Positions 27,569 to 36,104 of a stretch of DNA of 64,000 nt are shown here, one piece after another. Source of the DNA: Planctomycetia bacterium (GTDB taxonomy: Bacteria; Planctomycetota; Planctomycetia; Pirellulales; Thermoguttaceae); contig JAUNBJ010000002.1 of assembly GCA_030535245.1 (NCBI GenBank), forward strand, positions 2,418-66,417. Direction: 5' to 3'. Under the pieces are notes generated by a model. It was given only the letters and a program-made list of their open reading frames with translations. It made no database searches and was not told the DNA's origin. Positions within the stretch are counted from its first letter, which is position 1, and each line of letters begins with the position of its first letter. A program made the position numbers and the translations under genes.

Positions 27569-28495
27569 ATGGAAATGAATCGTCATGATTTCTTGAAAAA
27601 TACCGTTCTGGGAACGACCGCAGCGGCAATGCTCGGCGGTGAAGAACTGCTGGCTGCCAAATCGTCCCGGAAAAACGACCTGGCGGCGGTTTTGGGTGGG
27701 GAGCCGGAAGCGATGCTGGCCAAGGGGCTGGAACTGTTGGGCGGCATGGGGCGGTTTGTCAAAAAGGGGCAAAAAGTCACCATTAAACCGAACATTGCCT
27801 GGGATCGCGTTCCTGAACGGGCGGGTAATACGAATCCGCTTTTGGTTGCCGCGCTGGTCAAACAGTGTTTGGCGGCGGGGGCTTCCAAGGTGTTCGTATT
27901 CGACCACACGTGCGACGAATGGCGGCGCTGCTACGAAAACAGTGGCGTGGAGGATGCCGCGAAAAACGCCGGTGCAACCGTCCTGCCGGGCAACGACGAG
28001 CGGTATTATCGGGAAGTGTCGATTCCGGGCGGAAAGATACTGAAAAACGCCAAAGTCCACGAAGCGATTCTGGACAGCGACGTCTGGTTCAACGTGCCGG
28101 TTCTGAAGCACCATGGTGGCGCGAACATGTCGCTTTCGATGAAAAACTACATGGGGCTTGTGTGGGATCGCCGGTTTTTCCACCGTAACGATTTGCAGCA
28201 GTGCATTGCGGACATCTGTTTGCTGGAGCCGCGTCCGGTGCTGAATATTGTCGATGGTTATCGGGTTTTGAAGGAACATGGGCCGCAGGGGCGAAGCGAC
28301 GCGGACGTCGTGCTGGCGAAGGGGCTTTTCCTGTCGACGGATATTGTTGCGGCAGACACGGCGGCGGTGCGATTCTTCAATCAGATTCGCCAAATGCCGT
28401 TGGAATCGGTCTCGCACATTCGGAACGGGGAAATGCTCGGGCTGGGGACGTCGAACCTGAAAAACGTTAATATCCTTCGTGCCAAAATAGGGTGA
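27569..28495 (+). CDS. DUF362 domain protein with TAT signal
   Basis: AAGGAGG RBS. MEMNRHDFLKNTVLGTTAAAML twin-Arg-like signal. DUF362-like GQKVTIKPNIAW and NTNPLLVAALVKQC. Confidence 0.7.
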   Translation: MEMNRHDFLKNTVLGTTAAAMLGGEELLAAKSSRKNDLAAVLGGEPEAMLAKGLELLGGMGRFVKKGQKVTIKPNIAWDRVPERAGNTNPLLVAALVKQCLAAGASKVFVFDHTCDEWRRCYENSGVEDAAKNAGATVLPGNDERYYREVSIPGGKILKNAKVHEAILDSDVWFNVPVLKHHGGANMSLSMKNYMGLVWDRRFFHRNDLQQCIADICLLEPRPVLNIVDGYRVLKEHGPQGRSDADVVLAKGLFLSTDIVAADTAAVRFFNQIRQMPLESVSHIRNGEMLGLGTSNLKNVNILRAKIG

Positions 28496-30030
28496 TTGCG
28501 ATGCTGCTACGATTTTTCCGACGCGTTGTGGCGTTGGCCATGCTGTTGACGTTGACGTTTTTCTTTGTGGATGGGCTGAACCTGTTGCCAGAATCGGTCA
28601 GCAAGTTGGCCAAAATCCAGCTGATTCCGGCGTTGCTTGGGCATCGTTGGGTGACGGTGGGGTTGTTGGTGGCCATGACGTTCGTGTTGGGGCGGTTTTA
28701 CTGCTCGGCGATTTGCCCGCTGGGCATTTTGCAGGACGTTATCGCGTGGTTTGGGCACCGGATTCCGAAAAAACGAAAATATGCGTTTCGCCCGGCGAAA
28801 AACTTGCTTCGCTGGGGGGTCGTGGTGCTGGTAACGGGTTTTGCGGCGGGGGGAATCACGTTCGTGCTGGGCCTGTTGGATCCCTATTCCATTTTCGGAC
28901 GGATCGCCACCAACGTGTTCCGTCCGGTCTGGCTGTTCGGTGAAAATCTGGTCACGGTCGCTGCGGTGAATCCGGCGGTACGGACGTTGGAGGCGTTTTT
29001 TCTCGCGTTGGTCATGCTGGCAGGCATCGGTGTTCTGGCGTATCGAAACGGCCGAACGTACTGCAACACGATCTGTCCGGTCGGCACGGTGTTGGGGTTG
29101 TTCTCGCGATTTTCGCTCTTCCAAATCCGAATGAACCCGGAGAAATGTATCGGTTGCGGGCTTTGTGCGGTGCGGTGTAAATCTTCGTGCATCGACCCCA
29201 AAGCGAAGCGTATCGACGCCAGCCGTTGCGTGATGTGTTTCGACTGCCTTGGTTCGTGTCGGAAAGACGCGCTTTCCTGCTCGATTTTTTCAGGGGGAAA
29301 GAAGTCGCCGGAAACGGAGAATGCCCCGGAAGCGAAGCCGTCGGAATCGGTCGCGGGGGTGGATTTATCGAAGCGCACGTTTTTAGTGACGCTCTCCACG
29401 TTGGCCGCCGCGTCGCAAACGGTCGTGGCCCAGCCGGTTTTGGAGATTCTGAACACGGGCAAAAATCCCTTTACGCGGCAGACTCCGATAGCCCCACCCG
29501 GAGCGGTAAGCATCCGTCACCTGGTCGGTCACTGCACGGCGTGTCACCTTTGCGTGAGCAAATGCCCGACGCAAGTGCTCAAGCCGGCCGTGATGGAATA
29601 TGGGGTGGCGGGAATGTTCGCCCCGCGTATGGAGTATTCCCGTGGGTTCTGTAATTACGACTGCACGATCTGTGGCGACGTCTGTCCGAATGGCGCGATC
29701 CTGCCGTTGACGGTGGAGGCGAAAAACCGTGTCCAGGTGGGCCGCGTCGTGTTTGTCGAGGACAACTGCGTGGTGAAGGTGGACAAGAAGAATTGCGGAG
29801 CCTGTGCCGAGCATTGCCCCACGCAGGCGGTCACGATGGTTCCCTACGAAGGCGTGCTGACGATTCCACACACCGATACGGAAATCTGCGTCGGCTGCGG
29901 CGGCTGCGAGTCGATCTGTCCCGTGCGTCCGTTCAAGGCGATTTATGTGGAGGGGAACGCGGAACATCAGCGTCGAAAAGAGTTTGAGGATGTCAAAGTC
30001 GAGGTGGAAATCGACGATTTCGGTTTTTAA
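28492..30030 (+). CDS. Membrane-bound polyferredoxin (NapH/MauN-like 4Fe-4S binding protein)
   Basis: GTG start overlaps the DUF362 stop (GTGA). TM segments, CSAICPLG and CNTICPVG motifs, and several CxxCxxCxxxCP clusters (CIGCGLCAVRC, CTACHLCVSKCP, CGACAEHCP, CVGCGGCESICP). Confidence 0.8.
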   Translation: MIAMLLRFFRRVVALAMLLTLTFFFVDGLNLLPESVSKLAKIQLIPALLGHRWVTVGLLVAMTFVLGRFYCSAICPLGILQDVIAWFGHRIPKKRKYAFRPAKNLLRWGVVVLVTGFAAGGITFVLGLLDPYSIFGRIATNVFRPVWLFGENLVTVAAVNPAVRTLEAFFLALVMLAGIGVLAYRNGRTYCNTICPVGTVLGLFSRFSLFQIRMNPEKCIGCGLCAVRCKSSCIDPKAKRIDASRCVMCFDCLGSCRKDALSCSIFSGGKKSPETENAPEAKPSESVAGVDLSKRTFLVTLSTLAAASQTVVAQPVLEILNTGKNPFTRQTPIAPPGAVSIRHLVGHCTACHLCVSKCPTQVLKPAVMEYGVAGMFAPRMEYSRGFCNYDCTICGDVCPNGAILPLTVEAKNRVQVGRVVFVEDNCVVKVDKKNCGACAEHCPTQAVTMVPYEGVLTIPHTDTEICVGCGGCESICPVRPFKAIYVEGNAEHQRRKEFEDVKVEVEIDDFGF

Positions 30031-30038
30031 CCGCCCTG

Positions 30039-31391
30039 TCAACAGACGATACCGACGATCCACAGGCACAAAACCGCCGTGACGCCGATGAGAAGCGTCA
30101 TGGCGGTGTGTGTTTTGTAGCCATCCTCCGGGGAGAGTCCGCCAAAGTTGGTGACGACCCAGAAGTAACTGTCATTGGCGTGCGAGACCACCATACTTCC
30201 GGCCCCCACTGCCAGAAGTACGCGGATTGCGTCGAACGTCGTTGTAAAGCCGAGTGCCGCCATCATGGAGTTCGGATCGGTGAAACTCCCCATCATGCTG
30301 GCGGTGGTGATGATGGCCACGGTGCTGGAACCTTGCGAAGTTTTCAGGATTGCCGCGAACAGAAACGGGAAAAAAATGCCGAATCGAGAGAGCGTTTCGG
30401 AATGACGGCTCAGGATTTCAGCCAGATTCGTGTTTGCGATGACCGCACCCAACACGCCGCCCGCCGCGGTGAGGAACAGGATCGGCCCTGCCATTTTCAG
30501 CGTTTCCTGCGTCAGCGTCTGGAATTGCCCTGTTTTCCCCGACACCACCAGAAGCGGTATGGCACAGAGCACCCCCACCGCAAGTGCCACGACCGGCGTG
30601 CCAAGAAACGCACCGATCTGCCGGACACTCTCTGGAACCGCCAGCACCGCCGAAATCGACCCCAATGCCAAAAACCCAATCGGCATGGCAATCGGCAGCA
30701 CCGAAAGGACCGCGTTCGGTAGTTTCCCAAACGCTTCCAGCATTTCCGAACATGATGGCAAGTCGGTTTCTTCCCGCGAATGCGTCCGTTTCCCCACCCA
30801 TTGGGCAAACCACAGCGCAACGAAAAACGGCGGTATCGAAAACAGCACCCCCCAACCCATCACGGCGAGCAGGTGGTCGGTCAATCCCAAAAACCCCGCT
30901 GCCGCGACCGGGCCGGGAGTCGGGGGAATGAATACATGGGCAAGGAGCAATCCCGCTGCGAGAATCACCGTCAGGGTCACACTGGAACAGCAGGTTTTTC
31001 GGTAGAGATTCCGGCGAATCGGGTCGAGAATCACGAAACCACTGTCACAGAACACCGGGATCGACACGACCCACCCCATCAGCCCCATCGCAAACGCCGG
31101 ATGTTTTTGCCCCACGCACCGCACGACCATCTCCGCCAGCTTTACCGCCGCGCCACTCGTTTCAAGCATCGCCCCGATGAGTGCTCCCAGAAGGATCACC
31201 AGGCCAATGCTCGCGAAGGTTTTGCCGAATCCGTTGTTGATCAGCCCCGGCAGCTCTTTCAGGGGAATCCCCACCGCCACGGCCAACCCGAACGACACCG
31301 CCAAAAGCACCAGGAACGGATGAATCTTCCAGCGGGAAATTGCGACGATCAAAACCGTCACTGCAACGGCAAAACAACATGCGAGGTACAT
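30039..31391 (-). CDS. GntP family (gluconate/organic acid:H+) permease
   Basis: Start MYLACCFAVAV at 31389-31391; the ORF-track extension is Arg/Pro-rich and rejected. GntP-like FGKTFASIGLVILLGALIGAMLETSGAA. Many TM segments. Confidence 0.8.
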   Translation of the reverse strand: MYLACCFAVAVTVLIVAISRWKIHPFLVLLAVSFGLAVAVGIPLKELPGLINNGFGKTFASIGLVILLGALIGAMLETSGAAVKLAEMVVRCVGQKHPAFAMGLMGWVVSIPVFCDSGFVILDPIRRNLYRKTCCSSVTLTVILAAGLLLAHVFIPPTPGPVAAAGFLGLTDHLLAVMGWGVLFSIPPFFVALWFAQWVGKRTHSREETDLPSCSEMLEAFGKLPNAVLSVLPIAMPIGFLALGSISAVLAVPESVRQIGAFLGTPVVALAVGVLCAIPLLVVSGKTGQFQTLTQETLKMAGPILFLTAAGGVLGAVIANTNLAEILSRHSETLSRFGIFFPFLFAAILKTSQGSSTVAIITTASMMGSFTDPNSMMAALGFTTTFDAIRVLLAVGAGSMVVSHANDSYFWVVTNFGGLSPEDGYKTHTAMTLLIGVTAVLCLWIVGIVC

Positions 31392-31392
31392 T

Positions 31393-32028
31393 TCAACGCG
31401 CCTCCGGATAGCCGACGGACTGGGCGTACAACACCCGCTGCGACGGGGAGAGACGGAAGCATTTTGCGAGTTCCTCTCGGTCGATCGACGCCCGGAATAC
31501 CGCCGCCATGCCGTTCGCGGCGGCAAACAGATAGACGTTCTGGCCGATGAATCCGGCGCTGGCGTTCGCGTAGGCCATCTTGTGTTCTTCCGCCGGGTTG
31601 CTGATTTTCAGCATGTCGAGGTCGGCGACAAAAAAGAGCGTCACCGGAACGGCATGCGTGTATTCCTGCGAGCCGGTCAGCCGACGATGATCGCCCGCAT
31701 GGACCAGAATCAGGAGATTTTTCGTTTCGTCGTATCGATAGACGCCGGTTTCCAGCATGACGTAAACCGACGTTTCCTGCATATTCAACGCCGACGGCAC
31801 GGTGCGCCGCCCATCCTCACGGTTGATCCCGCACGCCGCCCAAAGCAGGTTGGAGAGCGTTTGCAGGTCGGGCTTCCGGACGCTAAATTCCCGGCACGAG
31901 GCCCGTTTGGAAAGCGCGTCCAACAACGGCATTCCACCGGTTTTCACCGGCTGCGGGAGCGAAATATCCTGTCCGTTGGCCGAACATCCCAGGCACGCTA
32001 AAAGCGTCATTACAGAAAACCATCGCAT
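31393..32028 (-). CDS. Secreted or lipoprotein nitroreductase-family protein
   Basis: Start MRWFSVMTLLACLGCS at 32026-32028 with an AGGAGG RBS. Nitroreductase-like RASCREFS and LSNLLWAACGINR. Its stop lies 1 nt from the GntP start. Confidence 0.65.
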   Translation of the reverse strand: MRWFSVMTLLACLGCSANGQDISLPQPVKTGGMPLLDALSKRASCREFSVRKPDLQTLSNLLWAACGINREDGRRTVPSALNMQETSVYVMLETGVYRYDETKNLLILVHAGDHRRLTGSQEYTHAVPVTLFFVADLDMLKISNPAEEHKMAYANASAGFIGQNVYLFAAANGMAAVFRASIDREELAKCFRLSPSQRVLYAQSVGYPEAR

Positions 32029-32182
32029 GGGCGATCCTCCTTTCATGGATTGTGGTTGGGATAATGAATTTCGTCGATTATAGAAATTTTGTCGCCCTTT
32101 GTCAAGCGAGCGGGAAAACTTCCCCGAACGTGTCCGGGGGTGACCACTGGTTTTTCCGGGAGTTGTCGATATAATAATCTGT

Positions 32183-32746
32183 ATGATGAAGAAAAATCGT
32201 AAGAAACCGGAGCCTCCTCTCCTGCTTATCGACGGGTACAACCTGATTTACGCCATCGGCCTGCTCCCTGCCACGCCGGGACGTACGCGGTTTGCCCCCG
32301 GAAAGCTGCGCGACGCACGGGACGCCCTGCTGGAACTGCTGGTGCGTGGGCTTCCCGAAAAGGTGCGTGAGCGTACCACCCTCATTTTCGACGCTCTGGA
32401 ACCGCCGGAATTTTTGCCCGATTCGTTCCGCCTGCAGGGGATGTCCGTGCAATTTGCCCGAAACTACCGCGACGCCGACGAACGAATCATCGAAATGATC
32501 CATTCTGCCGACAGGGGAACCCTCATGACGGTCGTGTCGAGCGACCACCGCATTCAGGCCGCCGCCCAGCGTCGTAAGATGAAAGCGTACGACTCCGACC
32601 AGTGGTATTTCGGCGGGCTGCCGGTTCTGTTTCCCGAAACGCCTCCCCACGACCTCCCTTCGCAGGCCGAGAAACCGGAGGAGATTTCGCCGGAGGAAAC
32701 GCGGTACTGGTTGGACATCTTTGGCGAGTCCTCCGATTCTGGCTGA
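32183..32746 (+). CDS. NYN-domain (YacP/Rae1-like) putative ribonuclease
   Basis: LLIDGYNLIYA near the N-terminus, then VVSSDHRIQ, both characteristic of the YacP-like NYN family. 187 aa. Confidence 0.6.
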   Translation: MMKKNRKKPEPPLLLIDGYNLIYAIGLLPATPGRTRFAPGKLRDARDALLELLVRGLPEKVRERTTLIFDALEPPEFLPDSFRLQGMSVQFARNYRDADERIIEMIHSADRGTLMTVVSSDHRIQAAAQRRKMKAYDSDQWYFGGLPVLFPETPPHDLPSQAEKPEEISPEETRYWLDIFGESSDSG

Positions 32747-32758
32747 CGGTAATTTCGA

Positions 32759-34579
32759 TCAATCCTTTTCGCAGATTGCCAGGGCGAAGTAATCGTATTC
32801 GGGATGTTCCCGGTCGTTCTTCGAGAGAGTACGCCCCACCCGGAACGCTATCGTGTCCCCTACGTGTATCCCCAACGGCTGTTTCGGTTCCGTGAGCAGG
32901 CATCCCTGAAATTTGGAATCGATGGCTTCCTGAACACGCACCCAGGCACGTTCATACTCCTGGGGTGAGCGGGCCAGAAAAACCATCAGGTGATCGGGAT
33001 AGACCTTGTGCCGAAGCGTGTCTAACCACCCATCCCGACGCAAACTCTCCAGCATCTCGTCCTGTCGGAACGGCCCCACCACTTTTTGAAGGTACGCTTC
33101 GTAACGCTGCGTGTCGATTCCGTCGGTGACGTACGATCCCAAACATTGGGCAAGCTCTTTCGGGTAGCAGATTACCGGCTCGTCCCAATTCGTGCGTGGC
33201 AGGAACGCCATTCCCCCTTCCGGCTGGGGCTGGCCCTGGGTCAGCACCAGATACGAAAGTCGTCCTTCGCCATCCACAAAAACATACATCAAAAGCCATC
33301 CCGTTCCCTTCTCGAATCCCATCCGTCCGGCCAGACGGTTGGCCAGCGTTGCGGACTTCACCAGGAAAAACTCTCCGTACGCCGTGGAAAACGTGAAATC
33401 ATCCATGGGAAACAGCAGCATTTCCTCGAACGAACGGATTCCAAGCATGACTTCGTAGTTCGTGAGGTATTCCACCACATCCACAAATGCGGTTTTGCGT
33501 TTTGCCAAATCCAGCGGCGTCGCCCCGTTCCGGTTTGGAATATCCACCCGCCCCCCATGCTGGATCAACATCCGCAGAATGTTCCGGTGCTGATTACTGG
33601 CCGCCGAATGCACCGGGGTGACGTTGGCATATCCACCGACCGCGTTGACGTCTGCTCCCTGGGCGATCAGGTACTTTGCCACCTCAAAATATCCCTCCCG
33701 ACATGCGTTATGCAGGGCCGTCCAATGATCCGCCACATGCCCCTGCCTCACGTCCGCCCCCTGCGTTTCGACCAGGTATTTCACCAGTTCCAACGCGTCG
33801 GTTTCGGCGGCCGAAGCAATGACTGAACAGAGGCTCCCCGGCGTTTCCAGCGGAACGTGCCGCTCCTCCATCAAATAACGCACCAACGGCAGATTACCAT
33901 ACGCCGACGCCATTCCCAAAAGTGTCCAGCCATGGCGGGTCTGCACGGTCGCGTCCCACCCTTTTCCCAGCAGGTACGTTACCAACGCAATGCCATGTTC
34001 CCGATTCGCCGTGGCACAAAGAAGCGACGGCTCCCCCAACAGCAGGGTGGGGAGTTCATACCCTCGTTTCTCCAGCCATTCCAACATGGCTACCGGGGCT
34101 TCGGTGCGTAAAATTGCTCCGCAGAAAATCTCCTGATACGCTTCGGGAGCGTTTCGCACGTCGGTTTCCTTCTCCAGAATCGTGAGTATTTTTTCGACCT
34201 CCTCCATGGTTCCATTGAGAAACATCCGGTAAAGTGGCGAAGGGGTTTGCTCCCCCCGTTCCCAAAAGGAGGCCCCCTTTTCCCGAATCAGATATTCCAC
34301 CAATGCGAGATTATTCTGGGCTACGGCAATGTCTCCCACAACGCTCCCCATGCTGTCCGGAATCCTCCAGTCGGCCCCCCATTCCAGTAACAACCGTGAA
34401 AATTCCATCAGGTTCTCGTTCCTCGCGGAAACATGGAGCAACGTTCCCTCCCAGTCGTCCATCGATACCCAACTGTCTGGCGGGCAGCCCTGTTTGAGTA
34501 ATTGTTCCGCCGCGTGCAAGTCGCCGTTTTGCATCGCCTCGACAAACGCATCGCTCCAGGGAGTGTTTTTCGACGTCAT
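32759..34579 (-). CDS. Ankyrin-repeat protein with non-ankyrin C-terminal region (DUF2314-like tail)
   Basis: Multiple ANK-like units (GTLLHVSARNENLMEFSRLLLEWGAD; WTALHNACREGYFEVAKYLIAQGADVN; TPVHSAASNQHRNILRMLIQHGG). C-terminal ERAWVRVQEAIDSKFQGCLLTEP...GDTIAFRV. Confidence 0.75.
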   Translation of the reverse strand: MTSKNTPWSDAFVEAMQNGDLHAAEQLLKQGCPPDSWVSMDDWEGTLLHVSARNENLMEFSRLLLEWGADWRIPDSMGSVVGDIAVAQNNLALVEYLIREKGASFWERGEQTPSPLYRMFLNGTMEEVEKILTILEKETDVRNAPEAYQEIFCGAILRTEAPVAMLEWLEKRGYELPTLLLGEPSLLCATANREHGIALVTYLLGKGWDATVQTRHGWTLLGMASAYGNLPLVRYLMEERHVPLETPGSLCSVIASAAETDALELVKYLVETQGADVRQGHVADHWTALHNACREGYFEVAKYLIAQGADVNAVGGYANVTPVHSAASNQHRNILRMLIQHGGRVDIPNRNGATPLDLAKRKTAFVDVVEYLTNYEVMLGIRSFEEMLLFPMDDFTFSTAYGEFFLVKSATLANRLAGRMGFEKGTGWLLMYVFVDGEGRLSYLVLTQGQPQPEGGMAFLPRTNWDEPVICYPKELAQCLGSYVTDGIDTQRYEAYLQKVVGPFRQDEMLESLRRDGWLDTLRHKVYPDHLMVFLARSPQEYERAWVRVQEAIDSKFQGCLLTEPKQPLGIHVGDTIAFRVGRTLSKNDREHPEYDYFALAICEKD

Positions 34580-34865
34580 GTTTTTTCTCCTTGTTCTTTG
34601 TTTGTTGCATTGATAATTGATAATTGGGGGGGCCTCCAGAAAACTTTTGACGATGGCTTTCCCGTGGAACCAACCTTACCACCTTTCCCATTGGCTGTCA
34701 AGGAAACAGGACAGATTTTGTCCAGGGAAGGATATTTTGACGAAAAACTCCTGAACCGATGAAAATAGTGCGTATCGATTGGGGCCAAATGCCGAAAAGG
34801 ATAGAAACGTGACCCGGTGGGAAGGGAAAAGTCGCGAAAACGTGGAATCAACCAGAACGCATGAA

Positions 34866-36104
34866 ATGATGAAGATTTTACATACCTCCGACTGGCATTT
34901 GGACGCGCGACTCTACAATCAACGCAGGTCGGCGGAGCATGAGGCTTTTTTGGAGTGGCTGCGGCAGACGATTCGTGAGCAGCAGGTGCAACTGTTGGTG
35001 GTGGCGGGCGATATTTTCGACAACCGGACGCCAACGCTGGAATCGCAGGAGCGGTACGTTGCGTTTCTCATGGGGTTGTACGAGGATTCGATCCGGGGAA
35101 AGAGCGTTTGCCGGAACGTCGTGCTGATTGGCGGGAATCATGATTCTGCGTCGTTTTTGGAGATTCCGAAACCGATTTTGCAGCACTTACGTATCCACGT
35201 CGTGGCGAGGAAGCCCGCGCGGTGGGACGATCTGGTGTTGGAAATGAAGGACGATGCGGGGAAAACGGAGGCGGTGGTTGCGGCGTTGCCGTTCCTGTCG
35301 GACGTCGATTTGCGTCGGAGCGTGGAGGGGGAAACCCTTGAGGAGAAGAACCGTCACCTGATGGAGGGGATTCGCGACGCGTACAAGACGCTGGCGGAAA
35401 TCGCGACGACCAAACGTTCCGCCATTTCTACGGAAGCGTTCGTGCCCCTCATCGCGACCGGGCATCTGTTCACGCAGGGGGGCGACGCGGGGGATGGCGT
35501 GCGGGAAATCTATACGGCGGGGAACTTGGAGAAATTCCCGGCGGCGTGGATTCCGGAGCGGTTTGACTACACGGCCCTGGGGCACCTGCATTTACCGCAA
35601 ACGGTGGGGGGGCGGGAGAACGTGCGCTACAGCGGGTCGCCGATTCCGGTCGGTTTTCAGGAGGCGAAAACGGCCAAGCAGGTCGTTCTGGTCACGTGGG
35701 AGGGGGATGGAAAGCGGAGCATCGAGTTGCGTGACGTTCCCCGGTTTCAGCGGTTGGAGACGGTATCGGGGGATTGGCCGGAACTGGAAGCGAGCCTGAA
35801 AACGTTGAAAAAGATGGATGAACCGGTCTGGCTCCAGGTGCGTTATACGGGGAAGGCATTTCGCCCCATGCTTCAGCGAGACGTGGAGGAACTTTTGGAA
35901 GATTCGTCGGTCGTTTTGCTGCATTTGCAGAGCACGGCGGCCAGCGACCGGGGGTTGGTGCCGAATTTTTCCGGGGAGACGCTGGAATCGCTGGAGCCGT
36001 TGGAGGTTTTTCGGCGGGTGCTGGACGCGTGTAAAATTCCGGACGAGGAGCGGGACGAATACATTCAGACGTATCGGGAGGTATGGGAATCATGCGGATT
36101 TTGA
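34866..36104 (+). CDS. sbcD: Exonuclease SbcCD, nuclease subunit D
   Basis: M(M)KILHTSDWHLD, GDIFD, GNHD and LGHLH calcineurin-like phosphoesterase motifs. Overlaps sbcC. Confidence 0.85.
   Translation: MMKILHTSDWHLDARLYNQRRSAEHEAFLEWLRQTIREQQVQLLVVAGDIFDNRTPTLESQERYVAFLMGLYEDSIRGKSVCRNVVLIGGNHDSASFLEIPKPILQHLRIHVVARKPARWDDLVLEMKDDAGKTEAVVAALPFLSDVDLRRSVEGETLEEKNRHLMEGIRDAYKTLAEIATTKRSAISTEAFVPLIATGHLFTQGGDAGDGVREIYTAGNLEKFPAAWIPERFDYTALGHLHLPQTVGGRENVRYSGSPIPVGFQEAKTAKQVVLVTWEGDGKRSIELRDVPRFQRLETVSGDWPELEASLKTLKKMDEPVWLQVRYTGKAFRPMLQRDVEELLEDSSVVLLHLQSTAASDRGLVPNFSGETLESLEPLEVFRRVLDACKIPDEERDEYIQTYREVWESCGF

Noticed and set aside
30039-31526. N-terminal extensions suggested by the ORF track for several genes (GntP to 31526, nitroreductase to 32241, SIS to 10279, 10174-11256, 7603-8757, M14 to 27381, XylR to 15112, kinase from the TTG at 59644).
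   Set aside because: The extensions are Arg/Gly/Pro-rich, overlap upstream genes or lack an RBS. Internal ATGs sit behind clear SD sequences and give canonical N-termini (signal peptides, Rossmann strands).
32170-32185. A TATAAT box 7 nt upstream of the NYN gene ATG, suggesting a leaderless mRNA.
   Set aside because: No convincing -35 element lies at the proper spacing, and promoter rules for this lineage are uncertain. This cannot be supported without transcription start site data.
34580-34865. The 285-bp divergent intergenic region between the ankyrin gene and sbcD, examined for a tRNA or small RNA (it contains a GGACAgatttTGTCC hairpin).
   Set aside because: There is no cloverleaf-compatible arrangement or conserved tRNA boxes, and the hairpin is short and isolated. 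The region is most simply a divergent promoter region.
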